Shown here piece after piece: positions 50,665 through 57,992 of a stretch of DNA of 64,000 nt. The notes beneath the pieces were generated by a model. That model was not told where the DNA came from, searched no databases, and saw nothing but the letters and a program-made list of their open reading frames with translations. The DNA is from a virus (lineage: Duplodnaviria; Caudoviricetes), in IMG/VR virus record IMGVR_UViG_3300011008_002687, positions 1-64,000 of that record; one strand, written 5' to 3'. The position numbers were made by a program, and so were the translations under genes. How positions within the stretch are numbered: the stretch's first letter is position 1; each line of letters opens with the position of its first letter.

Positions 50665-50736
50665 TGGACCGGAACCCCACAATGAAGTGGAATCTCTCTG
50701 ATGGAATCAGAACGTGCTACTTTACACCAGTTCCGG
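50665..50736 (-). tRNA. Non-canonical tRNA-Gly(UCC)-like gene
   Basis: Cloverleaf: CCGGAAC/GTTCCGG + T + CCA; D stem GTGT/GCAC; anticodon stem TTCTG/CAGAG with loop ATTCCAT; T stem TCCAC/GTGGG. Confidence 0.85.
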
Positions 50737-50741
50737 ATATA

Positions 50742-51257
50742 TTAAATCCCTGCCCCTACCAAATCGAAGATGCTCATTTGCTTTGCCTCTTCCTGTGCAG
50801 GTTTCTTATTGTCAACCTTACTCTCTGCCTTTTTCTCCGCAGGCTTAGGTTTCTTTACCTTCGGCTCCGACGGATCGGGCAGCTCTTCAATCAACTCGCC
50901 TGTGTTCTCAGCCCACCATTCTGCGAATACCGTTCTGTGACACCAATCTTCCGGGATTCTCACATCCTCATAACAGAGCAGGACTAACTCTTTTCCTTCG
51001 TCCTGGGCTTTCTTATCGAGCCTCTCGACCATGTTTATGATCTTCTCTGTGCCGATGTCCTCTAACTTTCCGTAGTATGCAGGCTTGAAATCTTCAAGGC
51101 TCATGTTCAGCATATATCCCTTCGGTGCCAGGGAGAAACACTGCTCTCTCAGCTCGTAGCCAAGCGGCCACTTTGGTTTCCCTATACTGATCCCTACCGG
51201 ATAATACTTACCACTCTGCAATTCTTTGTTGCTGTACCGACTAACCCAAATAGCCAT
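50742..51257 (-). CDS. DUF488-like protein
   Basis: LAP...LVLLCYE...CHR. Confidence 0.75.
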   Translation of the reverse strand: MAIWVSRYSNKELQSGKYYPVGISIGKPKWPLGYELREQCFSLAPKGYMLNMSLEDFKPAYYGKLEDIGTEKIINMVERLDKKAQDEGKELVLLCYEDVRIPEDWCHRTVFAEWWAENTGELIEELPDPSEPKVKKPKPAEKKAESKVDNKKPAQEEAKQMSIFDLVGAGI

Positions 51258-51294
51258 TTCAAATCACTCCTTTAACCAGTTATTCTTTGATAAT

Positions 51295-51305
51295 ATTATA
51301 CCACA
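51295..51305 (-). promoter_or_regulatory. Extended -10 promoter of DUF488 operon
   Basis: TGTGGTATAAT about 40 nt upstream of the start codon; weak -35. Confidence 0.55.
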
Positions 51306-51433
51306 ATTTTTCCCGTTCTTAAAGTCTGCAATATGCTGAATTTTCGCCATTTGTTCAGTATTTCAGACGGCAGAAAACGATATAAAACGGTGGTATTTAG
51401 TAACAAATTAGAAACACGGTTCCGACATCCGGA

Positions 51434-52318
51434 TCAGACCTTCTTCAGGTACAGACTGGACGTGAAACCAGTGTACTTGGTGCCGTTGTAGGTCACCTGA
51501 ATGTACAGCCACTTTCGGCCATTGGACTTGTCCACACTGTAGTAGCCGTAGTTCATGACCTTCAGACCAACAGGCAGGACAACCATGGCCTTGTTTCCGG
51601 TACCGGCACCGTGCCGCATATAAACGGCAGCAGTGGTGACGTACTGTCCGGCCAGCTTCTTGTCAAAGCCCGTGGCATAGCCGGTTGCCCTGACTTCCTT
51701 CACCTTGCCGCTGGTGCTTCCGGATCCTGAACCGGATCCGCTGCCGGAACCAGTTCCGGAACCGCTGCTGGATCCACCAGCCTTGGCACCATCATCAAGT
51801 GCCATGACGGTATGACCGGAACTGACAAGCACGTCACCACGCTTCAGGTAGTCAGAAGATCCGGTGTACTTCTTATCCGTCAGGATTTCATACTTGCCGG
51901 TCTTCTGATAGGCATTCTTCATGGTGCTGCACACCAGGGCATTTCCGGTATATTCCAGTTCCTTGACACCGGCCAGGATAGCCAGCACGGTCTGGAAAGA
52001 ACTGCAATCCGCTTCCGTGGCCACCTTGGACTTGATGTACTTGTCCACGTCATAGCCGTTTGCCTTCAGCTGATCATGCAGCGTGTTCCGCTGGGACTGG
52101 TCATAGCCTACCAGGTTGCTGTTGCACAGCTTTTCACATGCAGCGGCAGACTTTTCTGCCACAGCCGGATCCTTCGGTCTAATGACAACCAGCCAGTCCT
52201 TGTTGTACCAGTAGGAAATCTTCACTTCAAGGCCGGTCTGGTCACCAGCCTTGGCACGTCCGTCCCATCCGGCATTGCCGTTTTCAGAAATGGACGCATG
52301 TCCGATTCTCACAGCCAT
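51434..52318 (-). CDS. Endolysin (NlpC/P60-like Cys/His domain + Gly-Ser linker + SH3-like domain)
   Basis: GYDQSQR, DCSS, GDVL..GHTV; C-terminus homologous to endolysin A. Confidence 0.85.
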   Translation of the reverse strand: MAVRIGHASISENGNAGWDGRAKAGDQTGLEVKISYWYNKDWLVVIRPKDPAVAEKSAAACEKLCNSNLVGYDQSQRNTLHDQLKANGYDVDKYIKSKVATEADCSSFQTVLAILAGVKELEYTGNALVCSTMKNAYQKTGKYEILTDKKYTGSSDYLKRGDVLVSSGHTVMALDDGAKAGGSSSGSGTGSGSGSGSGSGSTSGKVKEVRATGYATGFDKKLAGQYVTTAAVYMRHGAGTGNKAMVVLPVGLKVMNYGYYSVDKSNGRKWLYIQVTYNGTKYTGFTSSLYLKKV

Positions 52319-52328
52319 TGTGTTCACC

Positions 52329-52634
52329 TCACTTCTTTTCAAAATAAGCCATCAGCTTGTCAAAGCCGAACATTGCAGCATAGGCCACCATGATGCCCAC
52401 AATGACGAATGCAGCAACCAGATACCATGTCAGCATCATGCCATTCATCTGCCAGTAGGCAATGAACACACCCACCGTCAGAACAATGGACAGGCACAGC
52501 ACAAAGATGTTGATCACCTTGGACGTACTAAGCCAGCTGAAGGATTTCTTCATCACTTCAGTGATGATGTTGACAAAAATGGTCAGAATTCCGACAATGA
52601 TCAGAACCTGACTGATGATAGTTGAATAGTCCAT
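52329..52634 (-). CDS. Holin
   Basis: Three TM segments, AMFGFDK; precedes endolysin. Confidence 0.78.
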   Translation of the reverse strand: MDYSTIISQVLIIVGILTIFVNIITEVMKKSFSWLSTSKVINIFVLCLSIVLTVGVFIAYWQMNGMMLTWYLVAAFVIVGIMVAYAAMFGFDKLMAYFEKK

Positions 52635-52652
52635 ATAGACGCACTTCCTTTC

Positions 52653-52964
52653 TTATCCCTTGGGTTCTTCTTCAGATGCAGAAAGATCAGGATCCGGCTG
52701 ATCACCGGATCCCGTCTTCCTGATTTTGAACACGTTTTCAGCGCCTGCCTTGATGAAGTACCCAAAGACACAGGTGATCAGCACGTTGGTGGACAGTTCC
52801 ATGAACGTCCCCAGATTGCTGTAATCACCGGAAACCATCATCACGATTGCAGAATAAAAGAAGGCTATGACGTACAGCACAAAGCACGTGGCCACAACCT
52901 TCTTTGAAAATTCCCACAACCATGACAGCTTGGTCTGTTTCTTCTTTGAATGCTTATCCTTCAT
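52653..52964 (-). CDS. Two-TM lysis-cassette protein
   Basis: EFSKKVV...GYFIKAGAEN. Confidence 0.6.
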   Translation of the reverse strand: MKDKHSKKKQTKLSWLWEFSKKVVATCFVLYVIAFFYSAIVMMVSGDYSNLGTFMELSTNVLITCVFGYFIKAGAENVFKIRKTGSGDQPDPDLSASEEEPKG

Positions 52965-53277
52965 CCACAGCGCCACTTGTTCCTTTCCCTTCCAAGAAGT
53001 TGATCCGTTTCCATGCAGATTTCAGGGATTCATCCAGACGGATGATCTTTTCAGTGTTTCCCTTCACGTCTTCTTTCAGGCTTTTCAGATCATTCTTGAT
53101 TTCAGCAGTGTCACGGCCTATGCCTTCCAGCTTGACAATGACGGTGGTCAGGTCACTGGCTTCCCGTTTGTCATCAGAAGACTTGTTCCTTTTCAGATTG
53201 GCAATACCTGTGTAGATGCTGAAGGCAAGGGAAACAGCGGAAATCAGCAGTGCAATTTCAATAGTCATGTTGTTCAC
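52954..53277 (-). CDS. TM plus coiled-coil lysis-cassette protein
   Basis: N-terminal TM; ESLKSAWKRI. Confidence 0.65.
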   Translation of the reverse strand: MNNMTIEIALLISAVSLAFSIYTGIANLKRNKSSDDKREASDLTTVIVKLEGIGRDTAEIKNDLKSLKEDVKGNTEKIIRLDESLKSAWKRINFLEGKGTSGAVDEG

Positions 53278-53358
53278 CTTTCCCTTCCGTCAGAAAGTGC
53301 CGTCAGACCTTATATAACGGTCATATACGGCACTTTCCAGCGTACTTGATATTTTCCC

Positions 53359-53493
53359 TTATCCTTCATCAGGAACCTTGTCAGGATAGCCAGCATCAAT
53401 GACAGCCTGTCTGACAGCAGGCTTCAGGGCAGCAGGCACCTGTTCAAAGGTCATCCGGTCATGAATGATCAGGTTGGCATACACTTTTACCAT
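53359..53493 (-). CDS. 44-aa CD1375-like phage protein (absent from ORF track)
   Basis: MVKVYANLI...TFEQVPAALKPAV; RBS. Confidence 0.7.
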   Translation of the reverse strand: MVKVYANLIIHDRMTFEQVPAALKPAVRQAVIDAGYPDKVPDEG

Positions 53494-53511
53494 GGTTCAC
53501 ACCTTCCTTTC

Positions 53512-53781
53512 TTACACCGTCAGAAGTCCGTAGACTTCCACCAGGCCTTCCTGGGTGTCCAGGATCTGACTTTCAAGATCAGCCTGCTTGTCAGACTGCA
53601 TCTTGATGTATTCATCCTTGTCATACTGCACCAGGTCATATTCATAACCGGTGAAGCCAGGTTCATCATCCGTGCCTTCGGTGTTGATTGCCGTCACGTT
53701 GCTGGCAATCCAAACACTGAATTCATCCACCACAAGGGGTTCAGGCTGCACGGTTGCCTGTACACGTCCATGATTGATCAT
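53512..53781 (-). CDS. Tail-fibre-associated hypothetical protein
   Basis: GYEYDLVQYDKDEYI plus coiled coil; start MINH. Confidence 0.7.
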   Translation of the reverse strand: MINHGRVQATVQPEPLVVDEFSVWIASNVTAINTEGTDDEPGFTGYEYDLVQYDKDEYIKMQSDKQADLESQILDTQEGLVEVYGLLTV

Positions 53782-54931
53782 TTTCCTTACTTCCTTTCTT
53801 GATGTGTTTGAAATAGTATGCATCAGCGTATGGCTGAAGCGGATCCAGATACTTTTCAGTCAGACGGTGACTGTCACAGTGGATCAGCCAGCCCTTATAG
53901 GAAGCAATGCTGCACCACTCTGAATAGTTCATTTCCTTGCCGGATTCCACCTTCTTCAGCAATCTGGTCATCTTGTCCTTCATCTGATTGCAAGTGGACT
54001 TTCTAAGAAGGGTGTATTCCTTGAAGATCCGGTATCCAACAAAATCCACACCACGCTGATACGTGGGGAAGATCTGATAATTCCCTTTGATCCTCAAATT
54101 CAGTTCAGACTTCAGGTAGTCACCCATAGCTGCCAGGATCCTGTGAAGTTCTTCCTTGGTACTGGCAAACACACAGATGTCATCCATGTATCTGTAGTAG
54201 TGCTTCACGTGAAGCACTTCCTTCATGAAGTGATCAAAGTCCGACAGGTAGAAGTTGCCGTCATATTGTGAAAAGTAGTTGCCTATGGGAATGCCAATAC
54301 CATCAATGAACTGTTCATCCTTTCGCTGAACAATGGCAACGGTCTTTCCCAGTGACCTGTAAAACGCTATGTTTTCATCCGTGGCCGGACAGGTGCTGAT
54401 ACTGTCAATGATTTCATCAATGACCTGAAGCAGTTCAGGATCCTTGTATTTCTTCCGGTACTTTGCCTTCAGGATGTCATGGTCAATGCTTGGATAGAAC
54501 TTCTGACAGTCAATCTTGCAGCAGAACCGCAATTCATCAGGCACGGTGTCCACAGCGTTCCGAAGTTTCTTGAAGGCTGCATGTATTCCTTTATTTGGTA
54601 TGGCTGAATAGGTATCATCCGTAAAGTGTGCCAACAGCTGTGGTTCAATCACCTGAATGATTGCCCATTGTGCTATCCTGTCAGGGAAGAACGGCAGCTT
54701 GTAGATTTCACGGACTTTGTTTCCCTCTTTCCGAAGGAACATTTCATAGCTGGAAGTGTGATAATCATGGTTGATCATCATTTCCTGAAGCAGCCCTAAG
54801 TAGTACCAGATATTCTTTTCAATTTCCCTTACTTCTTGATACCAGCCTTTTCCTTTCTTGGCATTCTTATATGCCCGGTACAGATTGTCCATTGAAACAA
54901 TCTTTTCAAATAAATAACCATAACGCTTCAC
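53741..54931 (-). CDS. DGR reverse transcriptase 2
   Basis: GIPIGNYFSQ, YYRYMDD; GTG start (MKRYG) after AAAGGA. Confidence 0.95.
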   Translation of the reverse strand: MKRYGYLFEKIVSMDNLYRAYKNAKKGKGWYQEVREIEKNIWYYLGLLQEMMINHDYHTSSYEMFLRKEGNKVREIYKLPFFPDRIAQWAIIQVIEPQLLAHFTDDTYSAIPNKGIHAAFKKLRNAVDTVPDELRFCCKIDCQKFYPSIDHDILKAKYRKKYKDPELLQVIDEIIDSISTCPATDENIAFYRSLGKTVAIVQRKDEQFIDGIGIPIGNYFSQYDGNFYLSDFDHFMKEVLHVKHYYRYMDDICVFASTKEELHRILAAMGDYLKSELNLRIKGNYQIFPTYQRGVDFVGYRIFKEYTLLRKSTCNQMKDKMTRLLKKVESGKEMNYSEWCSIASYKGWLIHCDSHRLTEKYLDPLQPYADAYYFKHIKKGSKENDQSWTCTGNRAA

Positions 54932-55142
54932 AGTGTTTCCTTTGTATGCACTAAGCCGAACCTTCGACACGCACCGGAACCGGTGCATCCTACCAGTACA
55001 GCCTGTTTAGAATTTTGTCAGTGTTTTGCCAAGCGGCACGGTGACACGGTTGCAGTTCAAACTGGATGCAGAACACGCTGCATCACTTATTTATTGAAAC
55101 ACCCACCCGGTGTTGACCGGATGGGTGCTTTTTAGTGCATGT

Positions 55143-55273
55143 ACTGACTGCCTGGAGATATTCCGATTACGATTAGAAGACGAATTATTCAGATTCCGAT
55201 TGAAGATCCTGGCTTTCAAGGCATTATTCCATTTACCACTGGATTTAGCTACATGCCAACTGGTGTTACCATT
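55143..55273 (-). repeat. DGR2 template repeat (TR2)
   Basis: 131-bp match to 55423-55553; all 23 mismatches at TR adenines. Confidence 0.96.
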
Positions 55274-55382
55274 TAGACTTTTTTGCTTTTTTCCAGTAGC
55301 CATGTGTGGTCTTCCACCTATCTTGCAAATAATCCGACTGTATAACCACGTCACCTATAGTTCTATGTTTCAGGCTATTGCC

Positions 55383-57218
55383 TTACGCAGCGTCAAGTTC
55401 CGCCTTCCTGCTGGGAATGAACACCGACCGCCCGGAGACATTCCGACCACGATAAGAAGACGAATAATGCAGATTCCGATAGAAGATCCCGGCCGCCAAG
55501 GCATTAGTCCACATACCACCGGATATAGCCACAAGCCAACCGGCGTTACCATTCCAGGTGTAATCACCAACAGGCAGGGCACTGGTGCCGGAGAATTCCA
55601 CACCAACAAAGATCCAGTCATAGTCTTCACTATAACCAAAAGCGCTGATGTAGTTGCCGCTGGTGTACGGAATACGGATGCCGGTGTCTTCATAGGGTGT
55701 AGCACCGGTGTCATCAGTAAAGCCGTGATCAGCCACATAAACAGTGCCGAACATGCCAGCCGCAAAACCGGAAGGATTCTGGATGTTGAAGCCGTCTTCC
55801 CACTTCCAGATGTTGCCCAACAGGTTTTCCTCACCACGATAGGACACAGCCTTCTGATGGTTGGCATTCTCTGCTTCACCGGAAGCGTTGCCAAGGTTCA
55901 CCGTGGCACCGGTCAGTTCAGCCATGTTGGTGCTGCCGTCATCGGTCTTGTCCACAATGCCCTTGCCAATGACGGTCTGACTGTTGAAGCTGCCGTACTC
56001 AATCAGCATCAGCAGCTGGGTACCGGCCAGCATGACAGCGTTCTGCTGTTCCCAGCCGTTGCCCATGTTGTGTGCCAGCTTTCTGGTGTTCGCCCTGGTC
56101 AGATTCTGTGTCAGGCCGGAAATGGGCTTGGCATTGGCAATGGAAGCCAGCTTGTCACCCGTGCTGACCGTGAAGTCAGCAACCTGATCATCATCCAAGA
56201 TGTAGGCAGAAGCAGACACGTCATACAGGCAGCCTTCAAAGGCAGACTTGTAGATGAAGTCATCAACGGTTTTCCCCTCATTCATAGTGAACTGGGGATG
56301 GATCTTGAAGCCCTTCTTCGGCACGTCAGACACGTAGTATCTGATCTTCTTGGTCTTCCAGCCCTGGCTGACACCGTTGGCATCAAAGACTTCTTCAATG
56401 GACAGCGGCACAACCTTGTAGTAGAACTTCGGCTGTTCCACCATGACCTGAACCATGGTGCCGATAGGATAGGTGACACCGCCTTTTTCCACGGCCTGAA
56501 GCAGTGCACCACCGGTGGTGTATGCAGTGTCACCCTGGTATGCCAGGACAACACCGTCAGCCGTCATGATGCAGCGCTTTCTGCCGCCGAAGGCATTGAT
56601 GCTGTCAAAACCAGCACCACCGGACTTGTTGACTGCACCGGCCAGACGGGTGAACTTCTTGTTGGCAAAGTCCACTTCAACACCATAGATGTCATTGTCA
56701 GAATATCCGACAAAACCCTTCAGGTCAGCAATTTCATCTTCCAGGGCATCAATGTCTTCAACCGTTGCATAGGCACCGGAATAGACGCTGATGTCCACAT
56801 CATCAGAATTGCCAACCGTGGTGTAGATCTGAATATAGGCAGAAGACACGGTGACACCTTTGTATGCAGGCATGTAGCAGAAACCGGAAGTTTCCACACA
56901 CACGGCATACAGGATTTCACCAATGTCAGGATCCGTGGCATACAGGCCAAGGGAACGGAGATAGTACCCGGCAGCCAGTGCTTCATTGGTGAAGGCCGTT
57001 TCAACCTTCACAGAAGTGTGATTGGTGATGGTCACCCTGGTCACGCTGTTGGTCTGCTTGATCTGTTCCAGTGCAGTCAGACTTTCCAGCTGACTTTCTG
57101 CATAGGTCTTGGAAGACGTGCAGACCTTAGTGAAGACCAGGCTTGCCTGACCAGCAATGATCTTGGCAACAAGTGCCTGACCTCTTGTGGTCAAATAAAG
57201 TTTGCTAAATTCAGCCAT
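55383..57218 (-). CDS. DGR2 target: tail fibre with C-terminal CLec-like domain
   Basis: N-terminal tail-collar LTTRG...LGLYATDPDIGEILY; YRGEENLLGNIWKW; C-terminal VR. Confidence 0.92.
   Translation of the reverse strand: MAEFSKLYLTTRGQALVAKIIAGQASLVFTKVCTSSKTYAESQLESLTALEQIKQTNSVTRVTITNHTSVKVETAFTNEALAAGYYLRSLGLYATDPDIGEILYAVCVETSGFCYMPAYKGVTVSSAYIQIYTTVGNSDDVDISVYSGAYATVEDIDALEDEIADLKGFVGYSDNDIYGVEVDFANKKFTRLAGAVNKSGGAGFDSINAFGGRKRCIMTADGVVLAYQGDTAYTTGGALLQAVEKGGVTYPIGTMVQVMVEQPKFYYKVVPLSIEEVFDANGVSQGWKTKKIRYYVSDVPKKGFKIHPQFTMNEGKTVDDFIYKSAFEGCLYDVSASAYILDDDQVADFTVSTGDKLASIANAKPISGLTQNLTRANTRKLAHNMGNGWEQQNAVMLAGTQLLMLIEYGSFNSQTVIGKGIVDKTDDGSTNMAELTGATVNLGNASGEAENANHQKAVSYRGEENLLGNIWKWEDGFNIQNPSGFAAGMFGTVYVADHGFTDDTGATPYEDTGIRIPYTSGNYISAFGYSEDYDWIFVGVEFSGTSALPVGDYTWNGNAGWLVAISGGMWTNALAAGIFYRNLHYSSSYRGRNVSGRSVFIPSRKAELDAA
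55423..55553 (-). repeat. DGR2 variable repeat (VR2)
   Basis: Adenine-specific divergence from TR2. Confidence 0.96.
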
Positions 57219-57273
57219 AACATTTCTTCCTTTCTTGAAAACTATGATAGTGTATTATTTCAATGACCATCAT

Positions 57274-57343
57274 CAGGGACACCGTATGCCTTCCCATAAC
57301 CACCTGCAAGCAGGGACACCGTATGGTCTGACATAACCACCTG
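57274..57343 (-). repeat. Two 33-bp self-complementary direct repeats
   Basis: CAGGTGGTTATG-N6-CATACGGTGTCCCTG twice, period 37. Confidence 0.85.
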
Positions 57344-57362
57344 GATCCGGATCACGGAAACC

Positions 57363-57992
57363 TTAGTGATTATCAGATGTGATCTGATACATTTCTGTGC
57401 TGCTGATGACACCGGCAGACACACCGCCACTTGGCCGGAAGGTTTCACACCAGTCCTGTGTCAAGGTGATCTGTGCATGGGTGGTCAGCCTTGCAGCAAA
57501 GGTATTGTTGCTGATTATGGTGCACATGATCTGATTGATGGAATACACCACGATGTTGCACGGCAGCACTTCATTGAACAGTTCATTCAGTTCATCCACC
57601 TGGCCAAGGTTTTCCAGGTATGTTGTGATGGACAGCAGATATTCTTCAGTGAAACTGCCGCTGACAATGTAGTGATTGGCACCACACAGCACGTTCAGTT
57701 TCTGAAGAAATGTCTTCATGGTGTACGGCAGCAGATTCACCCAGTTCACCTGCACCCTGGATCTTCTGGATTCCAGGTTGTCATGTTCATCTGGGATGAT
57801 ACCCATGATCTTTTCATATCTGCTGATGCCATATTCATCTGCCGTGCTGATGAAATGATTATACAGGCAGTGATCCACGGCATCCCATATCAGGATGAAT
57901 TCCGGATTTTCTGCTTCCAGGGCAGCAACCTGTTCTTTGTATATCTGCAAATATGGGGGAAGGTATGAAACCAGATCAACCTGTCTAACCAT
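57363..57992 (-). CDS. XkdU/DUF2313-like baseplate protein
   Basis: YLPPYL...GISRYEK...LESRR. Confidence 0.82.
   Translation of the reverse strand: MVRQVDLVSYLPPYLQIYKEQVAALEAENPEFILIWDAVDHCLYNHFISTADEYGISRYEKIMGIIPDEHDNLESRRSRVQVNWVNLLPYTMKTFLQKLNVLCGANHYIVSGSFTEEYLLSITTYLENLGQVDELNELFNEVLPCNIVVYSINQIMCTIISNNTFAARLTTHAQITLTQDWCETFRPSGGVSAGVISSTEMYQITSDNH

Larger units (their letters stand above)
1..51420 (-). mobile_element. Phage/prophage A (myovirus, PBSX/Xkd-like tail), continues past the left edge
   Basis: Contiguous terminase-portal-capsid-sheath-tube-TMP-baseplate-lysis order; GGAGG RBSs; no integrase in window. Confidence 0.93.

Noticed and set aside
50665-50736. Reading the tRNA as Trp(CCA)
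   Set aside because: Standard 5-bp stem and 7-nt loop geometry centres TCC, and U73, C2-G71 and G3-C70 fit Gly
51715-51778. Short tandem repeat in endolysin B
   Set aside because: Ordinary Gly-Ser interdomain linker
55110-57266. 718-aa plus-strand ORF and other long plus-strand ORFs
   Set aside because: Antisense shadows of well-supported minus-strand genes; no recognisable motifs
57274-57343. Mini CRISPR array
   Set aside because: Only two units, 4-bp gap, no cas genes
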